64,000 nucleotides of DNA from Thermoplasmata archaeon (GTDB taxonomy: Archaea; Thermoplasmatota; Thermoplasmata; RBG-16-68-12), in NCBI GenBank assembly GCA_035636315.1, contig DASPZJ010000084.1, forward strand, positions 25,401-89,400. The letters are read 5' to 3'. Positions 1 through 9,597 of the stretch are shown in pieces (position 1 is the stretch's first letter; the number at the start of each line of letters is the position of its first letter). The notes beneath the pieces are model-generated. The model did no database searches. It saw nothing but the letters and a program-made list of their open reading frames with translations, and was not told the DNA's origin. A program made the position numbers and the translations under genes.

Positions 1-620
1 GCGAGGGCGAGCCCGTACGTGCCGATCTTGTTGACGACGGCCGCATCCCGCAAGATCGCGTCGGCGCCGACGAGCGCGCACGCGGCCTCGGCCATCAGCG
101 ACGGACCGAGCGCATCCGCGACGACCGTCACAGGGATGCCGGCGTCCCCGAGATCCCTCGCGAACGCACGGCCCTCGAAGAGCGGCCGGGACTCCATCAC
201 GAACACGCGGTCGACGCGTCCCTTCCCGTGGGCCGTCCGGAGTGCCTCGAGGACGTTCTCGCTGTAGCTCAGCGTCACGGTAGCCCCGTGGTCCGGGGCG
301 ACCTTGAGGAACGTCCGCCCGATTTTCCCCCGGGCCGAGTCGAGCTCCTGGCGGGTCGTCTCGAGGACCGCCTTCGGGTCCTGGCCTTCGACGATCAGCC
401 GCGACACGAGGTGGGCGACGTTGTGGACGATCGCCATCGCCGGTTGGGCCTCCGAGATCCGGCGGGCGGCCTCCGCGAGGTCCTTCGGCTCCGGGCGGCC
501 CTTCGCCTCCATGATCGCAAGGCCCATCACGTCGAGCGCGAGGCGCGCGAGCTTCGACGCTCCGCTCGTCCGGTCCTCCGCGATCCCCTGGATCGCCTCC
601 TCAACGGACAGGGGCAGCAT
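1..620 (-). CDS. eIF-2B alpha/beta/delta family protein (ribose-1,5-bisphosphate or MTR-1-P isomerase-like), C-terminus off window
   Basis: Not in the ORF track because it runs off the edge. My own translation from the ATG at 620 reads MLPLSVEEAIQGIAEDRTSGASKLARLALDV...VMESRPLFEGRAFARDLGDAGIPVTVVADA...GADAILRDAAVVNKIGTYGLAL. The start overlaps the stop of the upstream gene by 20 nt. Confidence 0.6.
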   Translation of the reverse strand, partial: MLPLSVEEAIQGIAEDRTSGASKLARLALDVMGLAIMEAKGRPEPKDLAEAARRISEAQPAMAIVHNVAHLVSRLIVEGQDPKAVLETTRQELDSARGKIGRTFLKVAPDHGATVTLSYSENVLEALRTAHGKGRVDRVFVMESRPLFEGRAFARDLGDAGIPVTVVADALGPSLMAEAACALVGADAILRDAAVVNKIGTYGLAL

Positions 621-1518
621 GTTCCATCCGCTCGTGGTACGCCGCGAGGCCGGTGATGCTCGTCCGGATCCGCCGCTCGAGGAACTCCCGCGGGTACCGC
701 TTCGCTGCGCGGCAGCTCATGTCGTACAATTGGCGGAGGACGCCGTCCGGGCCCTTCGAGGCGAGCGATTCCTTCACGACCCGCGCCCACGCCGGGTAGG
801 CGATCATCATCGCATCGATCGCTTCCTTCGGGTTTGCGTGGGGCCCGTAATGGCTGAAGAGGAGCGCCTTTGGCTCGAGCGCGAGGATGCGCTGCAGCGT
901 CTCGAGGTTCTGGCCCAGGTCGAACGCGGGCGCCGGGGCGATCGGCATGAGGATCTCGTCCCCGGGGAAGTACAGGCCCGCGGCGTCGCCGGTGTACATG
1001 CACCGGGTACGCTCGTCGAGGATCGTCAGCTCGTGCGGGGCGTGACCGGGCGAGTCGAGGAACCGCAAGACGTGCTTCCCGAGGTCGAGACGGTCGCCTT
1101 CCTTGACCCCGACGAGCCGATCCGCGGGGATGGGCCGCATCATCCCGAACGCCTGGGACTCCTCCGGGCCGAGGGCCTCGCGGGCGCTTGCGACGAGCCT
1201 CGTCGGGTCGACAAGATGCTTGAACCCGCGCTCATGAACGTAGACCCTGGCGTGCGGCAAATCGGTGGTCAGGAATCCGGCGCCGCCCGCATGGTCGAGG
1301 TGGATGTGCGAGACGACCAGGGCGTCGATGTCCCCGGGCCGGAGCCCAAACGCACGGACCGCTTCGAGGATCCGCGCCGCGTCCCACGACGTGCCGGTCT
1401 CAATGATGGCCTTCCGATCGTCCGCGATGAGGTAGATCGCCCCGAAGCCTTCCTGGCCGAACATCCGCACGTCGAAAAGGTATGTCTCGTCCTCGAACGG
1501 CAGACGCGCAAACGTCAT
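601..1518 (-). CDS. MBL-fold metallo-hydrolase
   Basis: HxHxDH motif (VVSHIHLDHAGGAGF) in a 305-aa ORF. Confidence 0.8.
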   Translation of the reverse strand: MTFARLPFEDETYLFDVRMFGQEGFGAIYLIADDRKAIIETGTSWDAARILEAVRAFGLRPGDIDALVVSHIHLDHAGGAGFLTTDLPHARVYVHERGFKHLVDPTRLVASAREALGPEESQAFGMMRPIPADRLVGVKEGDRLDLGKHVLRFLDSPGHAPHELTILDERTRCMYTGDAAGLYFPGDEILMPIAPAPAFDLGQNLETLQRILALEPKALLFSHYGPHANPKEAIDAMMIAYPAWARVVKESLASKGPDGVLRQLYDMSCRAAKRYPREFLERRIRTSITGLAAYHERMEHAAPVR

Positions 1519-1608
1519 GCGCGGACGGCATCATCCGTACGCGCATGTAACTTTGTGTGCGGGACCTCCCGCGGGACCTTTATCTCTCCGTTCGGACGTA
1601 CGAGTTCC

Positions 1609-1827
1609 ATGGCTACGTACGGTCCTCGGCCATCCGACACATTGGACTTCGCCCAAGTGAAACGCCCGGAGGGGCCGAAGGAACCCCGATGGGCAATCGA
1701 GGAAGACCGGCCACGGGCGCGTCCGGCCTTCGCGCCTCCGAGCCGCCTCGTGCTCGCGATGGAACTCACCCTGCTCGTCATCGTGGTCGCGTCCGTCGCT
1801 GCCTACTTCCTCGGGTGGATGCGATGA
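1609..1827 (+). CDS. small tail-anchored membrane protein (hypothetical)
   Basis: ATG at 1609 lies about 27 nt downstream of the TATA-like cctttatc (1577-1584). The C-terminal hydrophobic stretch is LTLLVIVVASVAAYFLGW. Confidence 0.4.
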   Translation: MATYGPRPSDTLDFAQVKRPEGPKEPRWAIEEDRPRARPAFAPPSRLVLAMELTLLVIVVASVAAYFLGWMR

Positions 1828-1876
1828 CCTTGCCAACCGGTTGGATCGCCTCTCTCCCGACTTACGCCCCGAGGCG

Positions 1877-2074
1877 ATGGCCTTGATCGTCTCCGGCCCG
1901 CCCGTTCCCCAGTTCAACACCCCGACGATCGTAAACCGGATTCGGGACGACATTCCTCCGGAAGTCATGACGCACGACGTTCCAGGAACGAGCCCATACG
2001 CGGTGTGGGGGATGTTCATCGTCACGGCGATCGTCGTGATCCTGTTCGTGGCCGGCTACCTGCTCTGGAAGTGA
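1877..2074 (+). CDS. small tail-anchored membrane protein (hypothetical)
   Basis: C-terminal TM segment MFIVTAIVVILFVAGYLLW. An alternative TTG start lies at 1841. Confidence 0.35.
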   Translation: MALIVSGPPVPQFNTPTIVNRIRDDIPPEVMTHDVPGTSPYAVWGMFIVTAIVVILFVAGYLLWK

Positions 2075-2140
2075 TCGCTCCGGAAGACCCCGGACTTCCC
2101 TGGGCGGAAGATTTTCAACCCCCTCGCGGCTTCCACCCCC

Positions 2141-2224
2141 GCGGCGGTAGCCAAGCTCGGAAACGGCGCGAGATTTAGGGTCTCGTCCCTTAGGGGTTCC
2201 CAGGTTCGAATCCTGGCCGCCGCA
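2141..2224 (+). tRNA. tRNA-Leu (anticodon TAG), type II with long variable arm
   Basis: Folded by hand. Acceptor GCGGCGG/CCGCCGC, anticodon stem CGAGA/TCTCG, loop TTTAGGG, 14-nt variable arm, T arm CCAGG-TTCGAAT-CCTGG. Confidence 0.85.
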
Positions 2225-2244
2225 TCATCACGATGCGGTGCGGT

Positions 2245-2739
2245 TCACCTCTCCGTGTCCAGGAGGGCGACTTTCTCCAAGGCGAGATCCGCCCGCTGAT
2301 TCGAGGGGAGTGCCTGCCACTCCGCCTTTGTGATCCCAATCGTCTCGAAGGACTTGCCTTCGGCATCAAGGACCCGGTCGTCCCGCGACCATCCGAACGT
2401 TGCCAGGAAGTCATCGAGGGAGGAGCGGCCGAACACGACGATGGCCAGCTCCTTCGTCCCGCGGCGAATCCCCGAGACGCGAATCGCGTCGGCGACCTGG
2501 CGCTGCGCGGATAGGTAGCGCAAAGCTTCCATGGATACGGTCCGTGCAGCCATGGTCCCGGAAGTCTGCGAGCGGACCGCATGTCGAACCGCGGTCTCGA
2601 GATGGTCCCTGCCCAGGACAGCTCGGGCATCGGCCAAGAGGAGATCATCGCCCGTCCGTTCCGACCACGTGCGGGCCTTCTTCAGGGTCGCCTCGGGGTC
2701 TTCGACGCCTCCGCGGGCTCCCGCAAGCTGGTACGTCAT
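2245..2739 (-). CDS. cgi121: KEOPS complex subunit Cgi121
   Basis: The segment LLLADARAVLGRDHLETAVRHAVRS...MEALRYLSAQRQVADAIRVSGI...ELAIVVFG matches the archaeal Cgi121 pattern. Its ATG overlaps the helicase stop (ATGA). Confidence 0.7.
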   Translation of the reverse strand: MTYQLAGARGGVEDPEATLKKARTWSERTGDDLLLADARAVLGRDHLETAVRHAVRSQTSGTMAARTVSMEALRYLSAQRQVADAIRVSGIRRGTKELAIVVFGRSSLDDFLATFGWSRDDRVLDAEGKSFETIGITKAEWQALPSNQRADLALEKVALLDTER

Positions 2740-4883
2740 CCGAAATCCCCCAGTGCCGCTTGGCCTTCGATTTCGCGGACGTCGACCGGTGCGCCCACCT
2801 GCTCCTTGATCTTCCCCGCCAATGTCGGTCCGATCGTCGGGATTCGCGAGAGGTCGTTCGGGTTCGCCCTCTGGAGATCCTTGAGGGTTTTGAATCCGCG
2901 CTGGAAGAGCGCTCGACCGCGGACGCGGCCGACGCCGCGGAGCGAGATGAGCTCGAGGAGTTCCTCCTTCACGCCGTACTGCACTTGGATCGTGAGGCGG
3001 GTGAGTGCCCGGACCTTCTTTTTGTTGAAGATCCGGCCCAGCTCCGCCATCGAGTATAGGAGCCACTCCGCCTGGTCCGTCATGCGGCGGATGTCCCCGG
3101 GGCCTACCCCAAACTTCTTCGTGACTTCCTCCTCCGTCCGCTCCGTAACCCAGTCATCGAGGAGCGAGGCCGTCTTGACCTCGGCGAGGAAGAAGTCATA
3201 GTCCTCAACCGGGAATGTCAGATCCGCCTCCTCGATCTTCTGTTCGACCCACGCATAGTCACCGCGACGGAGGTAGAGCCTCGGCATGTCCGGCGTGGTG
3301 CAGACGGTCCAGAGGTTGAAGAAACGGTTGTCGCGGGCTTGGTGGAGCGCGTCGCGCATCTTGACGGCGCTCAGCGGATCGATGTACAGGTCGCTCGTCC
3401 TTTTTCCGAAGAACGTGGCTTTCAGAAAGCCGTCGTGCCGAGTGATGAAGTCCTCTTTTGCGAGGAACTCGAGAACCTCGAGGACTTTGCCCCGGATCGT
3501 ATGGACGTCGCCCGTGAACGCGAAGAACGTCCGGTTGAAGAAGGCAAAGAGTTCCTCTTCCGTGGCCACATGGCCCGTCGCGATGTTCGCGAGGATATGC
3601 ATCCGCAAGGCGGGCTCCGACCCGAGCTTGGACTCAATCGCCTCGGGTTCGCTGAGGAAGTAGTCCTGGATCAGTTCGTCGATGTCGTCCTCGTCTTTCG
3701 CGAAGAGGATCGCCTCACCGTACGGGTCGTAACGGGGTCGACCGGCCCGTCCGCACATCTGTTTGACTTCCATCACGGGGATTGGAGTCAGTCCCAAGTT
3801 CACATCGAATCGGTTGAGATCCCGGATCACGACCCGTCTCGCGGGGGTGTCCACACCTTGCGCGAGGGTCGGAGTCGCCACGATGCACTTGACGCGCCCC
3901 TTCTTGAATTCCTTCTCGACCATGCTCCGCTGGTCGTTCGTGAGACCCGCGTGATGGAACGCGACACCCCCATCGATACATTTGCCGAGGCGCGCGGCCA
4001 TCGAGGTCGCTTCCTCTTGTCCACGGACGAGCTGGTCCGCAAGCTTGTCCAAGTGATCGAGTTCCTTCTCGCTCAGCGCCTCGCGCACGTCTTGTGCCAA
4101 CGATTTGGCCAGAGCTTCTGTTGACCGCCGCGTATTCACGAAAATGAGCGCTTGACCTCCCGAGGCCAAGACGTCGGTCACGAGGCCGGACATGTCGTCC
4201 TCCCGGACCTTGACTTCCTGGATTGTCTGGTCCGCGAAGTGGACGAGGCCGTCGAAGTAGACTCCCTGTTTGAGCGGCACAGGTCGCCATTCGCTCGTGA
4301 TGTGCTCGGCTTCGAGCCAGCGCGCCAGTTCCACGGAGTTCTTGATCGTCGCACTGAGGGCAAGCACCTGCGCCTTCGGGTTCACTTGGCGGAGCTTCGC
4401 GAGCGTGACCTCGAGCGTCGGCCCACGATCCGCATCATTGATGAGATGCACCTCGTCGGCGACGACCACGCTCAGTCGTTGAAGCCAGTTTGTGCGGTGG
4501 CGCAGGAGAGAGTCCGCTCGCTCGGAGGTCGCTACGATGACATCTAGCTTCTCGAGGGTCGGATCGGCCGAGTCGTAATCCCCAACCGAAATCCCGACCT
4601 TGATTCCGAGGGGTTCAAAGTCTTTGAGGGCCTCATACTTTTCTGCCGCGAGTGCGCGTAGGGGCACGATGTATAGCGCTTTCCCGCCTCGCAGGACCGA
4701 CGCGAGGATCGCGAGATATGCGACGAGCGATTTCCCGCTCGCCGTCGGGATCGCGAGGACGAGATTTTCACCAAGCAGCGCAGGGCCGATTGCGTCGGCC
4801 TGTGGTGGATACAGCTCCTCGATCCCCTGTTTCTTCAGGATCTCCACGATACGGGGGTCGAGACCCAGGTCCGCGACACGCAT
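2736..4883 (-). CDS. hel308: Ski2-like ATP-dependent DNA helicase Hel308
   Basis: 715 aa with Walker A PTASGKS, a DEVH box, and C-terminal ratchet and HhH-like regions. Confidence 0.9.
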   Translation of the reverse strand: MRVADLGLDPRIVEILKKQGIEELYPPQADAIGPALLGENLVLAIPTASGKSLVAYLAILASVLRGGKALYIVPLRALAAEKYEALKDFEPLGIKVGISVGDYDSADPTLEKLDVIVATSERADSLLRHRTNWLQRLSVVVADEVHLINDADRGPTLEVTLAKLRQVNPKAQVLALSATIKNSVELARWLEAEHITSEWRPVPLKQGVYFDGLVHFADQTIQEVKVREDDMSGLVTDVLASGGQALIFVNTRRSTEALAKSLAQDVREALSEKELDHLDKLADQLVRGQEEATSMAARLGKCIDGGVAFHHAGLTNDQRSMVEKEFKKGRVKCIVATPTLAQGVDTPARRVVIRDLNRFDVNLGLTPIPVMEVKQMCGRAGRPRYDPYGEAILFAKDEDDIDELIQDYFLSEPEAIESKLGSEPALRMHILANIATGHVATEEELFAFFNRTFFAFTGDVHTIRGKVLEVLEFLAKEDFITRHDGFLKATFFGKRTSDLYIDPLSAVKMRDALHQARDNRFFNLWTVCTTPDMPRLYLRRGDYAWVEQKIEEADLTFPVEDYDFFLAEVKTASLLDDWVTERTEEEVTKKFGVGPGDIRRMTDQAEWLLYSMAELGRIFNKKKVRALTRLTIQVQYGVKEELLELISLRGVGRVRGRALFQRGFKTLKDLQRANPNDLSRIPTIGPTLAGKIKEQVGAPVDVREIEGQAALGDFG

Positions 4884-4906
4884 CCCTCATCCGATGCGAG
4901 GCGGTC

Positions 4907-4918
4907 CCAATAAAGGTT
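4907..4918 (-). promoter_or_regulatory. TATA-like box for hel308-cgi121
   Basis: aacctttattgg on the minus strand, centred about 29 nt upstream of the ATG at 4883, consistent with a leaderless transcript. Confidence 0.4.
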
Positions 4919-4994
4919 CTCGGGGGAGGCGCGGGCCAAGGCGAACCAAGTTGGCCCCGGCCGATCGGACGGGTCGCGGAGCCGCCCCGCCGGT

Positions 4995-5426
4995 CTACCG
5001 TACCAGGCCCAGCTGCTTCATGAAGTCGAGTTGGTCGTAGTAAACGTGGCTCTCGGAGATCTCTCCCCGTTCCACCTTGTACACGACACACCCTCGAAGC
5101 TCAATTCGATTCCCGGTCGGGGGAACGGGTTTGTCCCCCTGCTTCTTGAGCGCCGCTTGGCCGAGCCCTAAGCGAAGCGGGCCCTTGTGCGTGCCGGTGA
5201 TCAGGAGCTCCATGCACACCCAGTCTCCCTGTCCGAAACCTCGCAGGCGCTTCCACGAGAGGTCCGGTAAGGCTTCGGCCCACGCCTGAAGTCGTCCTTG
5301 GACCGCTTCACGACCCTTGAGTGGATCGGGCAGGTCCGGGACCGACATGATAATGTTATCCACATGGAGTCCCCACAGGTGGTCCCAGTCTCGCTCGTTG
5401 ATCGCTTCGAACGCCGCCTCAACCAT
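4995..5426 (-). CDS. SnoaL-like / NTF2-fold protein (ester-cyclase-like)
   Basis: 143 aa with the pattern INERDWDHLWGLHVDN...GREAV...W typical of SnoaL-like domains. Confidence 0.55.
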   Translation of the reverse strand: MVEAAFEAINERDWDHLWGLHVDNIIMSVPDLPDPLKGREAVQGRLQAWAEALPDLSWKRLRGFGQGDWVCMELLITGTHKGPLRLGLGQAALKKQGDKPVPPTGNRIELRGCVVYKVERGEISESHVYYDQLDFMKQLGLVR

Positions 5427-5668
5427 CCGAAGGTTCTGCTCGATCGTGATTCCCTCAGTCCTCCCCTACACGGCGCATGATATTCCCGGCGTATATAGTT
5501 GGAGAAGCGAACCGGCGGACTCGGAACGCCGAGGCTTCCCCGACGTCGCGTCATGCCGAAGCGAATCGGTAGCGGAGATCTGCGCCCTGGGCAATGCGGG
5601 ATGAAAAGCACGTTTGCTTATCAAAATGACCTAGGGACCCACAGGCCGAACGCGCTTCTTGGTCATCC

Positions 5669-5682
5669 AAAAGCCTTTAGGG
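5669..5682 (+). promoter_or_regulatory. TATA-like box (AAAGCCTTTAGG)
   Basis: Centred about 27 nt upstream of the GTG at 5705. The same box recurs at 6795 and 9810. Confidence 0.45.
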
Positions 5683-5704
5683 CCGGCTGACACTCGATAA
5701 CTTC

Positions 5705-6805
5705 GTGGAGTCGTCGCCCCCGGTCGCCGAAGCCCCGCGACGGAAGCTGAACCGGAGGAAGTTGGCCGCGATCGTCGTGGCGGTCGCCATCCCCGTGGCT
5801 GCGTTCGCGGCCTGGGAGATCCTCCGTCCGCGGTCCATCGGCGAGGTCCTCTCGATGGAGCCCGTGCGTGCCGGAAGCGACATCTTCCTCCAAGGGACGA
5901 TTACCGCAATCGGCCGGGAGAGCTCCAGCTACGGCCCTCGGGTCTACCTTCAGCTAGACGACAACGGGTTTTGCTCCGGAGCGGATCCGTGGACGCTGAA
6001 TCTCGTGGCGGATCCGAACGGCTCCTATGCGGTGGAGGAATCGTACCAGACGACGCTCCATATGCAATCGTTCACGATCAACGGCGACCCGGCGGTCTGG
6101 ACGCCGCAGCTCGCCTGCCCCTTCCCGGCCCTCTATCGCAGCATCGGCGTCGTCTTCGACGCAGTCTCCCGGGTGCGGAACATGATACTGACGTACAACG
6201 GCACGGCGGCGGGCGGTTGGGGCGGCTACGAAATCCGCTCGCTCAACGCGACGCGCTACAGCCCCGGCGTTCTTCCCGTCGACCTCCTCAAGGCGCTCCC
6301 ATCCACCTCGGGCGCACGGCCCATCGACTCCGCGGATGGGTTGAAGAATGCGGCGGCTCGGTTCTACGTCCAGGCATCGGCCGCGGTGGGCTCCGACGCG
6401 CCGGGCCTCTGGGTGGCGGACCGAATGACGTCCCTCGCCGCGCCGGCCTCGGCGAACGGGACCCTGCGGTTCGTCGACGCCGACTCCGACGGACTCGTCG
6501 GCTCTGGCGACCGGCTGGACGTCCGTCTGCCGCCGACCACGTCCCCGAACGGCTGGGACACCTACATCCTCCGGCTCGGCAATTGGTCCGCCGGGGCGCC
6601 GAACATCGGAGCCGCAATCCACGTGATCCTCGTCGGACCCGCGGGTCCCTTGGAGACATTATCGACCGGTTCGAGCCTGTCCCTTTTCCACCCGCGCTTC
6701 GCCGGCAGATCCGACACGGGCAAACCGAGCGTTTGTTGTCCGTCGGAAGGACGACGCCGCGATGGGCCGGACGAACCGAGATTCCCGCCGACCCAAAGCC
6801 TTTAG
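5705..6805 (+). CDS. membrane-anchored extracellular protein (hypothetical)
   Basis: N-terminal basic stretch plus TM (RRKLAAIVVAVAIPVAAFAAW). The rest is Gly/Ser/Asp-rich with no recognised domain, and the C-terminal end is uncertain. Confidence 0.45.
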   Translation: MESSPPVAEAPRRKLNRRKLAAIVVAVAIPVAAFAAWEILRPRSIGEVLSMEPVRAGSDIFLQGTITAIGRESSSYGPRVYLQLDDNGFCSGADPWTLNLVADPNGSYAVEESYQTTLHMQSFTINGDPAVWTPQLACPFPALYRSIGVVFDAVSRVRNMILTYNGTAAGGWGGYEIRSLNATRYSPGVLPVDLLKALPSTSGARPIDSADGLKNAAARFYVQASAAVGSDAPGLWVADRMTSLAAPASANGTLRFVDADSDGLVGSGDRLDVRLPPTTSPNGWDTYILRLGNWSAGAPNIGAAIHVILVGPAGPLETLSTGSSLSLFHPRFAGRSDTGKPSVCCPSEGRRRDGPDEPRFPPTQSL

Positions 6806-6806
6806 C
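6795..6806 (+). promoter_or_regulatory. TATA-like box (AAAGCCTTTAGC) for pyrD-pyrK
   Basis: Centred about 29 nt upstream of the ATG at 6831. Confidence 0.45.
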
Positions 6807-6830
6807 GGTCCCGTCGATTCGGTCGCCGAG

Positions 6831-7739
6831 ATGGTCGACCTCCGGACCGAGATCGCCGGGGTGCGGCTTCGGAACCCGACGATGCTTGCGTCCGGATTCC
6901 TCGACGAGACGGGCGGATCGATGGCCCGCGTCTACCAGGCCGGGGCAGGCGCCGTCGTGACGAAGAGCGTCGGCCCGGAGCCACGCGAGGGCTACCCCAA
7001 TCCGACGATCGTCGAACTCGATGCCGGCTTGCTGAATGCCGTCGGCCTGCCGAATCCCGGCATCATCGAGTACGAGCACGAGGTGAAGCGCGCCCTCGCC
7101 GCCGACGCGGTCGTCATCGGCTCCGTCTACGGCAAGGACGCGGACGAGTACGCGAGCGTCGCGGCGAAGATGGCGACCTACGGGGTGAAGGCGATCGAGC
7201 TCAACCTGTCGTGTCCGCATGCGAAAGGCCTCGGCACGGAGATCGCCCAGCACGAAGATGCGGTGCGGGAATTCACCCGTGCGGTCAAGGACGCCGTCTC
7301 CCTCCCGGTGTTCCCGAAACTCTCCCCGAACGTCCAGGACATCGCGACCTTCGCCGTGGCGGCCGAAGAGGGCGGTGCCGACGGCATCGTCGCGATCAAC
7401 ACGTTGAAGGCGATGGCCATCACCCCCGAGCTGAAGATTCCGTCCCTGGCGAACCGATACGGCGGGCTCAGCGGCCCCGCGATTCGGCCGATCGGCGTAC
7501 GCGCGGTGTACGACATCTGCGAGAGGGTCCACATCCCGGTCGTCGGCGTCGGCGGCATCGGGTCCGGCCGGGACGCCCTCGAGTACATCATGGCGGGCGC
7601 GAGCGCCGTCCAAGTCGGGACCGCGATCATCTCGAAGGGCCTCGGGGTCTTCAACGAGATCGCGAAGGAGATGGCGTCCCTCCTGGAGGAAGCCGGCTTC
7701 GGCTCGGTGCCCGAGGCGATCGGGGTCGCGCATGCCTAG
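6831..7739 (+). CDS. pyrD: dihydroorotate dehydrogenase, catalytic subunit (class 1B)
   Basis: Sequence MVDLRTEIAGVRLRNPTMLASG...LNAVGLPNPG...ELNLSCPH...GGLSGPAIRP. The start was chosen at the internal ATG downstream of the TATA box. Confidence 0.9.
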   Translation: MVDLRTEIAGVRLRNPTMLASGFLDETGGSMARVYQAGAGAVVTKSVGPEPREGYPNPTIVELDAGLLNAVGLPNPGIIEYEHEVKRALAADAVVIGSVYGKDADEYASVAAKMATYGVKAIELNLSCPHAKGLGTEIAQHEDAVREFTRAVKDAVSLPVFPKLSPNVQDIATFAVAAEEGGADGIVAINTLKAMAITPELKIPSLANRYGGLSGPAIRPIGVRAVYDICERVHIPVVGVGGIGSGRDALEYIMAGASAVQVGTAIISKGLGVFNEIAKEMASLLEEAGFGSVPEAIGVAHA

Positions 7740-8508
7740 GATCCAAGTCGTGCCCCTCCTGGAGATCGTCCGGGAGACGCCCTCCACGACGACGTACCGC
7801 TTCCGGGCGGACTTCGCCGAGCAGCCGGGCCAGTTCCTGATGGTCTGGATCCCGCGGTACGACGAGCTGCCCATGGCCTTATCCTACCTCGGAGGCGTGA
7901 AGGGCATCACGGTCCGCGATTACGGAGACGCGACCCACGCGCTCGCGGCGTTCAACGCGGGGGACCGGATCGGCGTGCGCGGGCCCTACGGGAACGCGTT
8001 CCGCCTCGTGGGGGAACGGATCCTGGCCGTCGGCGGCGGCAGCGGGATGGCGTCGATGATCGCCGCGATCGAGGCGTTCGCGCAACAGGGCGCGCGCGTC
8101 GTGACGGCCGTGGGCGCGCGGACGGCGGAGGAACTCCTGTTCGTCGATCGAGCGAACGCGAGCGGGGAGGTGCACATCGCGACGGACGACGGCTCGCGCG
8201 GGTTCGCCGGCTTCGCCCCTCCCCTCGCGGAGAAGCTGATGGACCGCGAGGAATTCGACCAGATCCTGACGTGCGGGCCGGAGCGGATGATGAAGGCCGT
8301 CGTGGACCTCGGCCGCAGGCGCCGGATCCCTGTCCAGGCGAGCCTCGAGCGCTACATGAAATGCGGGATCGGCATCTGCGATGCCTGCTCGCTGGACAGC
8401 CAGCTCGTATGCTACGATGGCCCGATCTTCACCGCCGAACAACTCGCGGGCTTCGAGGAGTTCGGCCGCTACCGGCGCGACAAGAGCGGTCGCCGGGTTC
8501 CGGCGTGA
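7732..8508 (+). CDS. pyrK: dihydroorotate dehydrogenase electron-transfer subunit
   Basis: FAD/NAD-binding fold and a C-terminal 2Fe-2S cysteine cluster (MKCGIGICDACS). Overlaps pyrD by 8 nt. Confidence 0.85.
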   Translation: MPRIQVVPLLEIVRETPSTTTYRFRADFAEQPGQFLMVWIPRYDELPMALSYLGGVKGITVRDYGDATHALAAFNAGDRIGVRGPYGNAFRLVGERILAVGGGSGMASMIAAIEAFAQQGARVVTAVGARTAEELLFVDRANASGEVHIATDDGSRGFAGFAPPLAEKLMDREEFDQILTCGPERMMKAVVDLGRRRRIPVQASLERYMKCGIGICDACSLDSQLVCYDGPIFTAEQLAGFEEFGRYRRDKSGRRVPA

Positions 8509-8531
8509 CGCCGCGACACGACTAGGCAGGG

Positions 8532-8846
8532 ATGCGCGATGCCGCGCCGATGTCCGACGCGGAGCTGCACGGGCTCTCGAAGGAAATCGTCGACTGGTAC
8601 ATTCGGTGGAACCCGAGCTTCGCGACCCATGCGGGCATCCACCAAGACGACCACCTCATGCCTCGTGCCACCTACGAAGCGGAGCTCGAGGAACGATCCC
8701 ACGTCAAGGCGTTCCTGCGCCGGCTCGAGGAATCGACCGCAAGACGCTGTCTCACTCGAAGCGGGTCGCTTCCAATGAAGTACATGCGGGAGATCTTCGC
8801 ACGCAAGACGAAGGAGTTGCGGCGGCTGCGCGACGCCGCCGTCTGA
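8532..8846 (+). pseudogene. truncated DUF885-family N-terminal fragment
   Basis: EIVDWYIRWNPSFATHAGIHQDDHLMP resembles the DUF885 N-terminus. The ORF ends after 104 aa, whereas full-length DUF885 proteins are about 500-600 aa. Confidence 0.3.
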
Positions 8847-8917
8847 AGGGAGGAGCCTCCGGGTCGATACCTTAATATCGCGACCTCCGCATCGCGCGCG
8901 TCGGACCGGGGGAGCGC

Positions 8918-9511
8918 ATGAAAGACGTGAACGCGATCGCGAAGAAAGCCCTCGAGTACAAGGAGAAGGGCCTCTCGGAGAAAGAGATCGCGGACGAGTT
9001 GCACCTGTCCCCGGAGACGGTCACGTGGCTCCTGACGCGCGGCGTGAAGGGCGGCGAGCCGCCGAAGGACGTGAAGATCGGGTGGCGGTCCGTTGGCGTC
9101 TACGGGAACCGCATCGGCTTCATGGCCGCGGCGATGTCGGACATCGCCCTCGAGGAGATGGAGAAGCGGCAGATCGACGCGGACGCGATCCTCGGCATCG
9201 CGATCAACGGGATCCCGCTCGCCGCACTGATCAGCGAGGAACTCGGCAAGGAACTGATCATCTATCGGCCGAGCCAGGAGCGCCACGGGAAAGGCGGCGC
9301 GTTCTCCTCGAACTACGCGTCCCCGCAAGGGAAGAAAGTCGTCCTCGTCGACGACGTCGTCTCGACGGGCGACACGCTGAAGGCGGCGATCGGCGACGTC
9401 CATGACATCGGCGGGACCGCCGTCCTCGCCGTCGTGCTCGTGAACAAGACGGCCCTTGACGACCTGGCGGGCGTTCCGCTTCGCGCACTGATCCGCGCAC
9501 GGTCGATCTGA
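8918..9511 (+). CDS. PyrE-like / GfcR-type regulator (HTH plus phosphoribosyltransferase domain)
   Basis: N-terminal HTH (GLSEKEIADELHLSPETVTWLL) and a PRPP-binding loop (VVLVDDVVSTGDT). Confidence 0.75.
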   Translation: MKDVNAIAKKALEYKEKGLSEKEIADELHLSPETVTWLLTRGVKGGEPPKDVKIGWRSVGVYGNRIGFMAAAMSDIALEEMEKRQIDADAILGIAINGIPLAALISEELGKELIIYRPSQERHGKGGAFSSNYASPQGKKVVLVDDVVSTGDTLKAAIGDVHDIGGTAVLAVVLVNKTALDDLAGVPLRALIRARSI

Positions 9512-9597
9512 TTTGCACGCGAGGGCCCGCGAACGGCCCCCCGTGCATGCGGCAAAGGCGCAACCATTAAGGGGGGTGAAAACCACATGGTTTCTCC

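Noticed and set aside
304-1827. 507-aa plus-strand ORF covering the MBL hydrolase locus.
   Set aside because: It runs antisense to a gene with a clear HxHxDH motif and has an Arg/Pro/Ala-rich composition typical of shadow frames in 65-70% G+C DNA. Only its last 72 codons (1609-1827) were kept as a possible small gene.
2740-3066. N-terminal 109-aa extension of the Cgi121 ORF (273-aa version in the track).
   Set aside because: The extension lies inside the hel308 coding region in another frame and is Pro/Arg-rich. The ATG at 2739 forms an ATGA overlap with the hel308 stop and gives a normal-size Cgi121.
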